Part shown: one piece after another, positions 16,834-29,600 of the stretch
Position numbering within the stretch: the stretch's first letter is position 1
Layout: each line of letters begins with the position of its first letter
From: a virus
Lineage: Duplodnaviria > Caudoviricetes
Strand: one strand, 5' to 3'
Length of the DNA: 64,000 nucleotides
Virus record (IMG/VR): IMGVR_UViG_3300028591_000104
Coordinates: 32,001-96,000 of that record
Made by a program: the position numbers and the translations under genes
Notes under the pieces: model-generated
Told to the model about the DNA's origin: nothing
What the model saw: the letters and a program-made list of their open reading frames with translations, nothing else
The model's database searches: none

Positions 16834-19800
16834 ATGGCAACAGTTGACAATAGAAGTATTACAACTAATATGGAAGAAATATTCCTCTTACAGTCCATGG
16901 ATGGCGGCGGCTCGGGTAGTGGCGGTGGATTTAACGGTAAATATTTAGCCATTGAAGCTGCCTTAAATCAGCAATTCGGTGAACCATCTATATCAATGGG
17001 TACTAAAAGCTATGCTGCTAAATATGGAAGTATTGTAGTTGGTACTGACAGCAAATCTGGTGAATATAACACTATTACTTTTGGTAATAATAATGTAAAT
17101 ACTAGTTATGAAAGTTTAGTATTGGGTAATAGTAATGAAATACATATGACCTATCCAGCTAGACCAGAAATAGCAGGTCTTATAGTAGGTGGGCATAATA
17201 ATAAACTTTATCCTATATTGTATGATAGTAATTATAATCGAATTACTATTGAAGGAGTTGTTCCTGTTTATTATTTTGAAGGTTCTTTTTATGAAAGTTT
17301 GGATTATGTAAATCCAACCACCCCTGAGAATAATAAAATTTATGTTGATTTATTATCTGATACTGATAATAGATATTTATATTATAATGATGAGCTTTTT
17401 AGTTTTCAAGCATTGAAAAATTTAGGTTGGATAATTCCTGATACTAGTATTTTAGGTATTATTTCTGGTGAGAATAATGTATATAGAATAGGCAGCAATA
17501 ATGATTGGGCCTGTGTTTATAGTTTTGGAGATGCAAATAAAATAATTAATGAATTTAATGATAATCTTCATTTTATAGCAGGGCAAGATAACGAAATAAG
17601 TGTTGTAACTAACAAGGATAAAAATCATAATATTCCAGACTCAGAGAGTACATTAGTTGCTTTTGGTAGCCGAAATAAAATAGATTTACAAGTTAATTCT
17701 AAAGCAGGTAGTCAACTTTATTTATTAGGCTATAATAATGAATTTTCCAATGAAAATATAACTTCTAAGTTTGATAGTACTGATGTTAATTTTATATGTG
17801 GGGAAGGAAATAAACTTTTAATAAGAGATCAATATAATGATAAGAATAATATAACTGTTGAAAATAATATTATTTTTGGTAGAGGCAATAAATTAGAGTT
17901 TAGTAATTATAACTATATCTATGGACTTAATGGATATAGTAATATTGTCTTAGGTGAAAATAATAAAATTTTTGGACGTGACGCTCATAGTGGCACTAAT
18001 ACCAATCGAAATATAATTATAGGTCAAGATAATAAAATTGGTGGTAATGAATATGATGTAGAAGAAAGAAAATGTGATTCTTTACATCAAAATTATATCT
18101 TTGGTAATGATATAGAATTATCAACTACAGGAGATTTAAAAGATAATGTTTATCTTGGTAAATCTCATGGATTAACATATAATCCTTCTGTAATTAATAA
18201 CGTTATTGGTGGAAATCAAGTATTTTTTAAAGGTTCTAAATAGTGTAGTGATAATTTATTAGTTGGACCTAATTCAAGTAGTTTAATAGTTAGTGGTTCT
18301 GGTAATTTAGGCTTAGGAAAAAATTCAATTTATGGAAATAATTGCGTTGTTGTAGGCGAAGATAATACGATTAAAGCTAATATTAGAAATATCGGAGAAT
18401 ATTATTCAGGTAGTATTTATAATGAAGGTGATTTTTGTTATTATAATGATATTCTTTATATTTGTAAAAGTAATAATGTAACCGGTCCTTTTAATATGCA
18501 AAATTGGTAGGAACCTGAATTAGGTAACTATTCATATATTTTTGGTAGAAGGAATGGTGTAAATGGTGATTATAGTATTGTGATTGGAGAACTCAATGCA
18601 GTAACTGGTGATTATAATGTTGTATTTGGAAAAAATAATACTATTACTAAAAATTATAATGCAGCATTTGGTCATGACAATTCTATGAATGGTTCTTATA
18701 ATAGCTTAACTTTTGGAGAACAAAATATAATACAATCAAGTGATAGTTTTGTCGGAGGATATTATGGAAAATCGACAGGCACAACTGGTTTTTGTTTTAG
18801 CGGTTTAGGTACTACCCCCGAGGAATTTTATGGTGTAGATTTAATTTATTATTTTCCAGAAGCGGATGAAATAACAGATGAGCGCATTATTTTTAATACA
18901 GCTAAATCCGTAACTAAAATTACAATTAAATTAAATTATACTACTAAAACTATAGAAGCTTTAAAACGTGTAAGCGCAGCTGCTATTTACGCTAGTAATT
19001 TACAAAGTGGATTTGGTTAGTATGATTTAAATAATCCTGATGGGCCTCAAGTAGGAGGTACTAGTTTTGGAGTTGATCCTAGTCAACAAGATTTATTAAT
19101 AAGTTTAGAAAATCCAGAGCTTACATTAAATCTTAGTTCACCCATATCTATGCCTGCAAATAGATTTATTAAAAGAAGTGAAATATCAGGATGGACCTCA
19201 GCATGTGTCGGTTATGGTCCTAATATTCAATCTTCTGATAAATCACAAGTATTAAAAACGGGTGGAGTAGCTATAGGTACTGGTGTAATAGCTAATGGTA
19301 TGTGTCAAACTGTTATAGGCAGAGGTAATATATCAGATTCAGATAGTTTATTTATTATAGGTAACGGTAGAATTACACCAGCTTATGATGCAAACCATAA
19401 TCCTTATAGTGATACTTTAGATAGGTCTAATGCACTTACTGTAGACTGGGATGGTAACCAAGTACTTGCGGGCAAGCTTACTGTCGGCACGCAACCTACG
19501 GCCGCGAATGATGTAACCACTAAAACATATGTTGATACAGCAGATGCAGCTATATCAGCCGAAATTGAAACTCCTATAACTGGACTTAAAGCACGCATGA
19601 CAACAGCCGAAGGCGCGATTTCAGATCTCGAAACAACAGTTGGAGATAGCACATCAGGCTTAGTTAAAGATGTAAATGATTTACAAACTGAAGTAGAAGC
19701 TTCTACTACTGGATTAATAGATAGAACTACTAATCTTGAAACAACTGTAGGTGATAGTAATAGTGGTTTAGTACATGATGTAGACGACCTTGAAGATCGC

Positions 19801-20070
19801 GTAACTACACTTGAACAAGCACCCCTTCCTACTGTATCACTTTCTCAAACCAATACAACAATTACTGGTTTGTCACAAGGAGATACTGATATAACATTAC
19901 CTTCTGGATATACTGATAATAGTATTGTAGATATTTATATAGATAGATTGCATTATTGTAATATTTTAGATTTCACAATTAATCAAGGTATTGCTTCTTT
20001 CTCTACTTCTCCAATAGCAACAGGAAATGAATTAGTTCAAGTTAGTATAACAAATGTTAATATATCTTAA
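16834..20070 (+). CDS. Large beta-helical adhesin / tail fibre-like protein (~1078 aa); TAGs at 18241, 18508, 19018
   Basis: Three ORF-track fragments in one frame separated only by TAG; GxxN repeats, YadA-like neck, coiled coil. Confidence 0.8.
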
Positions 20071-20077
20071 TAATTTA

Positions 20078-20110
20078 AGGGACTAGATTTATATCTAGTC
20101 CCTATTTTTT
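20078..20110 (+). terminator. Rho-independent terminator
   Basis: AGGGACTAGAT/ATCTAGTCCCT plus T run. Confidence 0.8.
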
Positions 20111-20188
20111 ATTGGGCAAAATATTATAATTTTATATACCTTTTTTTCAATATAAATAGGTAAAATATTTTAAAGGAGGTAACAAATA

Positions 20189-22327
20189 ATGGCAATAATT
20201 ATAGCATCCAATAGTGGAAAGAAACATTATGCTTTACAGCACTATATCTGTGATACTAATGAAGATATTGTAGATTTACCCATAGATAATGTATGGGTAG
20301 GTAGTACAGCTTTTGTAATTGATAGTGGTGAAACATATATGTTTAATTCCCAAAAGGAATGGATAAAAATCGCGGCCGAGGGTGGCGGCGGGGGAGGAAC
20401 CGGCATGGCCGCAACTATTCAAGTAGGAGAAGTGCATACAGGTGAACCGGGATCTCAAGTAACTATCGAGAATAGCGGCACTTCATCTGCCGCCGTATTT
20501 GATTTCTCTATCCCTCGTGGAGAACCATTTCAAATCAAGAAAATTTATGATAGCTACACAGATATGAATAATGATTATTCTGGTACTGATGTAAAAGTAG
20601 GTGAGATTGTTTGTGTAACTAATGGAAGTAATGAAAAAGAATTATGGATTAAGGGTAATACTCAGTATGAGTTCTTTACAAGCCTTGAAAATGTAACAGT
20701 AGTCAAAGGTGAAGATGGCGCTAAAGGTTCTAAGGGTGATAAGGGTGACAAAGGTGACCCTTTCCTTTATGTAGATTTTACAGAAGAACAGTTAGAAGAA
20801 TTAACTGGCCCTGGCATTACCAATATTGAATTAGATGCACAAGGTAGATTAATTATTACAATTGCTACTGGTGATTCATATACCGTTGATTTTGGTGATA
20901 TATGGATGCGTAAAGTTAATCCAGTGGGTACTGGTTCAATGTCAATGAACAGAAAAGCAGAAACCACAATTGGTATAAATTCTGCTACTTTTGGAAAAGA
21001 TTGTGAAGCTTCTGGAGACTATTCCTTTGCAGAAGGTGAAGAAACAATAGCAGCTGGTAGAGCGTCTCATGCAGAAGGACATAATACTTATGCTGGTCCG
21101 TTTGACAGCCATGCAGAAGGATGCACTACAAGAGCAGAAGGACATTATTCTCATTCAGAAGGACATTTAACAAAAGCCAAAGGTGAAGCTGCGCATGCTG
21201 AAGGCTCTGAATCAGAGGCAATTGGACATTATTCACATGCAGAAGGCAGAAAAACTAAAACTACAGATATTAGTACTCATGCAGAGGGAGAAGAAACTCA
21301 GGCAACAGCTCCATATGCTCACGCAGAAGGTCATAAAACTTTGGCATCCGGTTCAAACTCTCATGCTGAAGGAGAAAATACAATTTCTTCACATGATTGC
21401 GCACATGCTGAAGGTAGTAATACTCAGGTTACAGGCCCATATTCTCATGCAGAAGGTTATTATACAATAGCTTCTGGTAACTCACAACACGTAAGTGGTA
21501 AATATAATATTTCTGATAATAATAATACATATGCAGAGATTGTTGGAGGCGGTAGCGCCGCTAATGCGCGAGTTAATATCCGTACTCTTGATTGGTCTGG
21601 TAACGCTAAATTAGCAGGTAAATTAACTGTAGGAACAAATCCGGTTAATAATATGGATGTTGCTACAAAGGTATATGTAGATAATGCCGCTAGTGCTTTA
21701 ATAAATGATATAACTCCATCTGCCAATAATACATATAGTAGTGAAAAAATAGAGGCTTTAATTAATCCTCCCACTTTAGATAAAGTTAAATATATTAAAG
21801 TAGTAATTAATAGTATACAAGGCAGTGATGCAAACTTAGTTTTAAGAACTCCTATATACTTACAAAACGGTACTACTGGAGAAACTTATACATTTGCTGG
21901 TTCAGAAACTTTCATAGGCTCTGATGGAACTAATTGGTTTGATTTCCTTACTACAGATGGTAATGAATTTTATTTACCTGGAATATCTTCTAAATTACCT
22001 TATTCTATTACTTTAACTTCTTTAACCGATATAAACATAGCTCAATATAATGAATTTTATTTTCGTAATGCTTCTTATGAATCAGCTTCTCCACGCGCTT
22101 GTGATTTATATGTTTCCTTAGATGGAGAAACATGGATTCAAGTTTCTACTAATAACGATATAGGTTATAATGGTGGTTATAATAAAGTTAAGGTTGGAGA
22201 GATGCATGCGGCACCGCCTCAGGAACTCCCTCAACCAACTATAGCTGATGCGGGTAAAATATTAACAGTTAATTCATCTGGCATTATCGTGTGGGCTGAT
22301 TTAAACGCTAATAATACACAATATTAA
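20189..22327 (+). CDS. Adhesin/fibre protein with collagen-like GxKGD and 14-aa SHAEG (YadA head-like) repeats
   Basis: Many SHAEG repeats; neck motif shared with 16834; discoidin-like C-terminus. Confidence 0.8.
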   Translation: MAIIIASNSGKKHYALQHYICDTNEDIVDLPIDNVWVGSTAFVIDSGETYMFNSQKEWIKIAAEGGGGGGTGMAATIQVGEVHTGEPGSQVTIENSGTSSAAVFDFSIPRGEPFQIKKIYDSYTDMNNDYSGTDVKVGEIVCVTNGSNEKELWIKGNTQYEFFTSLENVTVVKGEDGAKGSKGDKGDKGDPFLYVDFTEEQLEELTGPGITNIELDAQGRLIITIATGDSYTVDFGDIWMRKVNPVGTGSMSMNRKAETTIGINSATFGKDCEASGDYSFAEGEETIAAGRASHAEGHNTYAGPFDSHAEGCTTRAEGHYSHSEGHLTKAKGEAAHAEGSESEAIGHYSHAEGRKTKTTDISTHAEGEETQATAPYAHAEGHKTLASGSNSHAEGENTISSHDCAHAEGSNTQVTGPYSHAEGYYTIASGNSQHVSGKYNISDNNNTYAEIVGGGSAANARVNIRTLDWSGNAKLAGKLTVGTNPVNNMDVATKVYVDNAASALINDITPSANNTYSSEKIEALINPPTLDKVKYIKVVINSIQGSDANLVLRTPIYLQNGTTGETYTFAGSETFIGSDGTNWFDFLTTDGNEFYLPGISSKLPYSITLTSLTDINIAQYNEFYFRNASYESASPRACDLYVSLDGETWIQVSTNNDIGYNGGYNKVKVGEMHAAPPQELPQPTIADAGKILTVNSSGIIVWADLNANNTQY

Positions 22328-22341
22328 GGAGGTAAATAATA

Positions 22342-23088
22342 ATGGCAAATAAATTATATGATGAAACCTCCATTCAAAATATTGCTAATGCAATAAGAAG
22401 TAAAAATGGCTCATCTGACTCATATACTGTGGGTCAGATGGCACAAGCCATTACTGACTTACCTACTGGAGGAGAAAGTGATATTACTTGGGATAGAGAA
22501 CTTGTTGATGAATGGGACTTTACAGAATCACTTATATCTAAAAACCATAATAAATCATTCGTAATTGATGGCGCGGACATAACACGCACTTCTGAGGGTA
22601 TATATTTCGGAACTAATTCAACCGATCAAACCGTATATAGTCCCGATCTTCACGAACTACCCGTCACTGATTGGAGCAAGATTGACATAGAATTAGAAGT
22701 TGAGGCAGTGGGGTCTACTCAGTCTATGAGGGCGTTATTCAGTGTGTGGTCATCCGTCAAAAATGCTTATAGTCTCGGGTTGCAGTTTGCCGGGCTTGCT
22801 GACGGCTTCAAATGGATAAATACCACTTATGTAACACCGCCCGCGAACTTCACCAACATAGAAAGCGCGGCGCGTCAACTGTGTCTTAATCTGGAGACTG
22901 GTAACCTTTATACGCACGGTATTTTTATAACAGGTCTCTTTACTTTTGGTGGTCTGTTTGCTGACGCTATGGCTGACACTGAGCATAATAGATTCTATCT
23001 CGGAACAAATGCCGGGTGGGTTGGCAATCCGGGAAGCTATAAATTTAAGAAATTGAGAATTTATAAACATATCACAGAGGAGGTATAA
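22342..23088 (+). CDS. Hypothetical structural/fibre-associated protein
   Basis: N-terminal IANAIRSKNG..GQMAQAI module shared with 23093. Confidence 0.65.
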   Translation: MANKLYDETSIQNIANAIRSKNGSSDSYTVGQMAQAITDLPTGGESDITWDRELVDEWDFTESLISKNHNKSFVIDGADITRTSEGIYFGTNSTDQTVYSPDLHELPVTDWSKIDIELEVEAVGSTQSMRALFSVWSSVKNAYSLGLQFAGLADGFKWINTTYVTPPANFTNIESAARQLCLNLETGNLYTHGIFITGLFTFGGLFADAMADTEHNRFYLGTNAGWVGNPGSYKFKKLRIYKHITEEV

Positions 23089-23092
23089 ATAA

Positions 23093-24229
23093 ATGAGTGT
23101 TAGAATTGGAAAATCTGGCGACCATGTCCAATAGGGAACAGTGATTTATACCGCCGATAATGAGAGCGATATACAATCTCTCCCTACGACATGCACACCA
23201 GGTAGTACTTGTTTTTGTATTGAAACAAGTACTACTTATATATTAAATAATAAAGGTGAATGGAAAGTTAAGTCAACAGCGGGCGGAGGTGGTGAAGCTC
23301 GTGCTTACCCTTCGGCTGATGGACGTTCTTTTCCATTGAGTAATGATAATGTAACTTTTACTACTTCAAGTGAAAATTATAATGATATTGCTAAAGCAAT
23401 TAATCAAAGAGCTGGTACAACAAATACCTATAGTCCCGGACAAATGGCTAGTGCTATTACAAATATACCTATTCCCACATATCAACAGAAATCTGTAACA
23501 CCTGATTTCAGCGGTGGAAATGTTGATGTAACAGCAGATAGTGGTTATGATGCTTTAAGCTCCGTTGTTGTTTAGAAGGACAGCAATCTTGTCGCAGGTA
23601 ACATTAAGAAGGATGTTACTGTGCATGGGATTACAGGTACGTTTGCTGGCGGTAGTGACCAATCAGGAGCAATAGTAGATAGAAGCATTGTTGAATATGA
23701 AAACAACACGATTACGAACGTAGCACAGTATGTTTTTTATATCAGTAATTCCCTAAAAAAGTTCAAATCAAATAGTGTTACAAATATTGGTGAAAGTGCT
23801 TTTTATCAGAATTCAAAATTATCAGAAGTTGATTTACCAAATCTTATACATTTGGGAAATTCTGCTTTTTTTAGTTGTAGTTCATTGAAACAAGTTATTT
23901 TTCCAAAAGTTACAAGTATAGGTGGTAATTGCTTTTATAATTGTCAAAATTTACAAACAGTTGATTTATCGGAAATTACATCTTTTGGTAGTAGTTGTTT
24001 TTATAATTGTAAAAAATTTAAAACTTTAATATTAAGAAATAATGAAGTCGTTCCATTAGGAAGCGTCGGCATATTTAATTTATCGGCATTTGCAAGTAAC
24101 GGAACAGGCGGTACGTTATATGTACCACAGGCATTAATTGCTAGCTATCAGGCTACCAATGCCTGGTCAACGATTCTTGGCTATCCCAACAACCAGATCA
24201 AGGCGATTGAAGGCAGTATTTACGAGTGA
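23093..24229 (+). CDS. BspA-type leucine-rich-repeat protein; TAGs at 23132, 23573
   Basis: RBS GGAGG; N-terminus paralogous to 20189; IGxxAFxxCxxL repeats; LYVP..Y..W C-terminus. Confidence 0.85.
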
Positions 24230-24363
24230 AGTATTTGTTAATATCAAGATTACAAAAATCATGATTGTTCTTAAATAAAGGGATGATTTTATATCGTCCC
24301 TTTATTTGCTTTCTAAAAAAATTTATATTATAATATAAATATAAAAAATAGGAGATAAAATAT

Positions 24364-25140
24364 ATGAGCTATAAAGATTGTGATATAGTCTATATCCTAA
24401 AAGATGGTATAGACCCGGCAGAATTAACATAGTCATTAAGAAGTGTAGATAAAAATTTTCCTCATAGAAAAGTATGGTTTGTGGGGGCACAACCAGAAGG
24501 TTTAACCCCTGACCTCAGGCTGCCGCACAAGCAATCTGGCTCTAATAAGTGGGAAAGAGTCTGCTCTTCTTATCTTAAAATTTGTAATAATCCTACCATA
24601 AGTGAGAATTTTTTCTTATTTAATGATGACTTTTTTGTACTTAAAAGAATTGATAGAGACGATGAGTTTATTAATTTTGTAGACGGAACTCTAGAGAACA
24701 GGGTGAAAAAATTAAATAATAATTTGAATGGAAGTTCAACTTATTCAAAAAAATTGGCTGATTTATCAATTTATTTAAAGATGAAGAATTTAGACACAAT
24801 GAATTTTGCTTTACATTTACCCTTTTTATATAATAAATCTTTAATTAAGAAAACTCTTAATGAATTTCCTAATAGTCCTATGTTTAGATCGGCTTATGGG
24901 AATTTAAATGATGTTCCTTATAGATCTCATAAAGATATAAAAATTTATGATAGAGTAACAATTCCAGGTGAAGATTGGGATTATGTCTCAACTACAGAGG
25001 AAACTTTTGCTAAAGGAAAAGTAGGAGAATATATCAGAAACCTTTTCCCAGAACCAAGTAGATTTGAACCTGGTTATTATGAGGCTAAAACTAAGGAGTT
25101 ATAGACGGAAGAAGGTGAAGAAAGATACCATGTACTTTAA
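24364..25140 (+). CDS. Stealth-family (hexose-phosphate transferase)-like protein; TAGs at 24430, 25102
   Basis: DIVY..ELT*SLRSVDKNFP..VWFVG; FFLFNDDFF. Confidence 0.75.
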
Positions 25141-25162
25141 TTTAAGAGTTAATAATAAATAT

Positions 25163-25441
25163 ATGTTATAGGCAGTTGAAGATAAAAATGGAGATGGAGA
25201 TTATTATATTGCTTATCCATTAGAAGAAGATATAAAATTAATTGCCCAATAGGAAGAAAGAAATACAGTTATAGAAGGTATTCCTACTGATACTAATACA
25301 TCTTTTAGAAAATTCTATGGACGTTTTTATGATGTAAAAATTAATGAATACGGCGGAATTAGTTTTAGAATTAAATCTGCTGTCGAATCAGTACATATAA
25401 GTCCTAATGGAGAAATAGAAGTAGAATGGAATTATTATTAA
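25163..25441 (+). CDS. Hypothetical protein; TAGs at 25169, 25250
   Basis: 92-codon frame open except for two TAGs; fills an otherwise empty gap. Confidence 0.6.
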
Positions 25442-25863
25442 AAAAGGAGATAAAATTATGACAGAGAAAGAGTTGCGCGCGGCCGCTATCGAGAATCGCA
25501 TAGGCGTCCTTTCCGCGAGGAAAAAGGACAATGGAAGAATTATTAAGAAGCTCCAAAGACAGATTAGGGCGTTGAGAAAGTAATTACAAAGACCTAGATA
25601 ATAAATCTAGGTCTTTTTTTGTTTTTTAGAAAAAAATATGTTATAATTAATTATAAGAAAATAGAAAGTAGGTGATAAAATATGATGTTGATTAAAGTAT
25701 CCTTTGCCGTAACTTTATTCTTATTTGCGATTTTTGTTATACTAATATTCTTTGGAGAGATTGGTGTAAAGAGATTGGCAAAGAGTCTTGATGTTCTTTA
25801 TTTCATTGGCTCATTCTTTGGCTTTATGCTTTTGGCTATTACTTTATGGGGGGTTTTTAGTTT

Positions 25864-26121
25864 ATGAAATATGTAACTCATAGATTTTTTTGCCCTCGAT
25901 GCGGCGAGGAGACTCTGCCCGTGGTCAGAAGCACTAGTAAGTTGCGCGAGAGAGGTCACTTAAAGAAATTATATTGTTATCACTGTAATATGACCTTAAA
26001 TATGGTAGAGTGCAGAGATGAGTTTGAGGTAAGAGCATTTAAAGAAGCATTTTTAGCTGGTGATTTAGCTGAAATAGTAGATGAAAGTGAGATAATTGAT
26101 TGGAATGGGAAAAATAATTAA
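25864..26121 (+). CDS. Zn-ribbon protein resembling ribosomal protein L33
   Basis: CPRC...HLKKLYCYHC pattern. Confidence 0.5.
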   Translation: MKYVTHRFFCPRCGEETLPVVRSTSKLRERGHLKKLYCYHCNMTLNMVECRDEFEVRAFKEAFLAGDLAEIVDESEIIDWNGKNN

Positions 26122-26602
26122 TATAATGATAGGACTACCTGGATGCGGCAAGTCAACTTACTGTAAGAAGATAAAGGAAGAATGGAATAACATAGCTTAT
26201 ATTTCTCGTGACGAGGTAAGATTGGAAATCTTAGGACCGAACGAGCCATTCTTCGCTAAGGAAACAATAGTTTATAATACTTTTATAGACAGAATAAACC
26301 AGGCATTAGCTTCTGATGTTAATGAGATTTACATAGATGCTACTCACATCAACTCTTCTTCCAGATTAAAGCTGTTGAGAAGATTAAACCTTAAGGGTGA
26401 TGAAGAGATTTGCTATTACATCTTTGATGTACCTTTGCAAGAGTGTATGCGCAGAAACCGTTTGCGTACAGGAGTCGCAAGAGTACCAGATAGCGCGATT
26501 CGTGACATGAACGCCCGCGCGCAGTTTTTTATAACAGATGCGGAAACTAGAAGTTTTAATCCTGTTGCTTATATGGTAGATTATAAAGGAGAAATAGAAT
26601 AA
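26105..26602 (+). CDS. P-loop kinase (AAA_33 / polynucleotide kinase-like)
   Basis: GLPGCGKST, SRDEVR, IDATH, CMRRNRLR. Confidence 0.85.
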   Translation: MGKIINIMIGLPGCGKSTYCKKIKEEWNNIAYISRDEVRLEILGPNEPFFAKETIVYNTFIDRINQALASDVNEIYIDATHINSSSRLKLLRRLNLKGDEEICYYIFDVPLQECMRRNRLRTGVARVPDSAIRDMNARAQFFITDAETRSFNPVAYMVDYKGEIE

Positions 26603-26604
26603 TT

Positions 26605-29600
26605 ATGGCAGAAAAATTAACAATTATATGTATGTATCTTTTAAGCTTTTTGATTGGTATGGCAATAGGCATAATAATTATAAGTTTTGTTTATCGCGGA
26701 AGTAAATTTTGCCCTGAGTGTGGACATCATTATGAAACTAAAGTAGAATATTGCCCTATTGATGGAACAGAGCTAAAGGAGGTCACTAATTCATGAAAAA
26801 AATTAAAATGAAATCAATAAAAGAAGATAAACTTTTTACAGAAATGATATGTATCAATCCTATGCCTGCAAATTGTTGCGAATGTCCTTTTTATTATATG
26901 CCATACCCAGAAGATGAGGGTACATGGTATGAAGATTGGGATTGTTATCTTGGTGGTATAAAAAGTAATTGGGGTATTGCATTAGAACGTTCAAAACACT
27001 GTCCTTTAAATTTATTAGAAAGGTGTGAAAAGAATGAAAAATAATGAATTAATTGAATGTTTAAAGATACTCAAAAAAGGTGTTAAGGCTACTGGTATAA
27101 ATACTACGATTATAGAGGGTGTTAATGCTGGTAGCGTTGTTTGGGTTCTAGATGAAGCAATAGAAGAAGTAAAAAGACATACTCTTGGCTGCCATATTTG
27201 TGTTAATCAAAACTCTAAAAGCAAAGAAGTATGCGGAGAGTGCGAATTTTTAAAGGGGACAAAGAATGAATAACTTAGATTTATATTTCCCACATACTCA
27301 ATATTATGCAGAGGATTGCATTATAATCCCTATAAGTCAAATAACAAACTTTGACGTTACAATAACTTCTATGAGCGCCGATGAAATTCCTAACGCAGAA
27401 ATGACATTAACTGTTGTTGGGAGAAGGAGGAATAATGACACTTGATGAAGCTATAAAGCATTGCGAGGAAAAGGCTAACGAAATACGATGGCAAGCTTTA
27501 AAAGAAAGAATGGATATTGAAGGAATCGCAGAGTGTGAAACTTGTGCAGAAGAACATGAGCAGTTAGCAGAGTGGTTGAAGGAACTAAAAGGCTTGCGAC
27601 TTCTTGTGAATTGGGCAGTTGATTGTAATTTTGGATATGATAATATACCTGATTTGTATGAAAGATACGCAGACGAAATAAAAGATATGAGCTATACCGA
27701 AGGACTTGTTTATATCGCTACAAAGCAAGCTAATCAAAATGAGCCATTAAAGTAAAGGAGACAGAAGAATGATTATTCCAAGACATAAAATATGTGATAT
27801 TTGTGGTAAAAAAGTAGGAATTAATAATAGATATTTCATTATTAAAAGTAAAAACATCCTTAATGATTATGCAGGAAGTTTCCACGACAATAAAAATTAT
27901 GATATATGTATAGATTGTATGCAGGAATTCGCAACTTATCTTCATACCAAATTAAAAGGAGATAAAGAATGACGGTTGAAATAACATTGACTGATATAAT
28001 TTGCCGCTATATTGCAGGTATTAGTGTTATTCTTTGTATTATTCTATATTTCTATGATAAGCACAAAATGACTAAATGGCTAAAGGAAAATTTAAAAGAT
28101 AGGAATAGTAAGGAGGTAAATGATGCTGACACTTGAAGAAGATATTTTGTATTGTAAGGAAAAAGCGAAAATATGTAGAGAATTAGCAATACTTTATAAA
28201 GATGAGGCATTGCTACGAACAACATACTATAAAAACGAAGGAGAATATCTCCAGTTTGAGTCATACTTGAAAGAATTAAAGCGTTTGAGAGAATCTGAAA
28301 GACCAAAGGGTGAGTGGGTAGTAAAAGGTCAAGATATATATTGTTCTGTATGCAATCAAGAAAGTGCTTACAATGAATTTGGTGCAAGCAAATTTTCTAA
28401 TTTTTGTCCTAGCTGTGGTGCAGATATGAGAAAGCCACAAACACAGAAATTTGCTGATACTGATACTGCTTATGGCGGTTTGGCTTCTGCAACATAAGAA
28501 AGGCGGTGCGGAATGAAAAAATCGGTAGAGGAAATCAATGAAAGATTGATAGGTGAATATATCAGTAAGGTTAGATGTTGTGATGAGTGTTTTGCTTCTG
28601 TATATTGCACAGTAAATGGACTAAGAAAAAGCCGTGTGCCACAGGGATATTGTGTAAAAAATATAAAAAGATATTTTAGTGATAATGCAAGACAACAGAA
28701 AGGCGGTGAATAAGAATGAGTGATGAATTAAAATCTTGTCCGTTTTGTGGTAGTAGTGCAACAGTATGGTATCGTATGGGCCACATAGCGACTGTTGTAT
28801 GTAACAACGAATATTGCGGTTGTATCTATGGAGATAATATGTCTCTAACAGATAAAGAAGCTGTTAAATTGTGGAATAGGCGGTCTTACAATGAAGGGGG
28901 TGAATGAGAATGACAAATAAAGAAATTATTAAATATTTAATTGCACCAGTTGCAACAAGTACAGAGCCAAGTGCTGAATACTTGAAACAGAAAGAAGCCT
29001 ATGACCTTGCTATCAAGGCTCTTGAAGAACAAAGACCAAAAGGCATGTGGATACACAGACGAGTTATTGCAAAAAATAGGTCATTTGATATGGTAGTATG
29101 CTCTAACTGCTGGGAAGAGTTTAGCTGGGATGCTGAAACAGGAGTATCTATGGACAATTATGAGACTTGTCCAAATTGTGCCGCAGATATGAGAGAAAAT
29201 AATAATGTATCCTCAAAATACAATTCTAGTATCAACACTAGTATGGAAGATATTATGTCAAATCCTGAACTCTACAAGCATTGGATAGAAATTTCTAGAT
29301 AAAAAGGAGAAAAAAATGGAAAATTATAATTTTGCGCAACAGGGTTGGCAATGCCCCTTATGTAAGAGAGTGTATTCCCCATCTACTCCATGTTGTTTTT
29401 ATTGCGGAGCGGAGGGCATGGCTAAGAGTGTAACAACTACAACTTTGGATATTGGCATTTATCCATTAGAAGAAGAAGATAATACCTCGAGTATGAAAGG
29501 AGAAGAGGAATGATACCTATTGAATTTTATTGGTGCGAAGAAACACCTACATTAGATGATGTAAAGTTTGCCTATGAACGAGTAAGGCAAGGTGTGGTTG

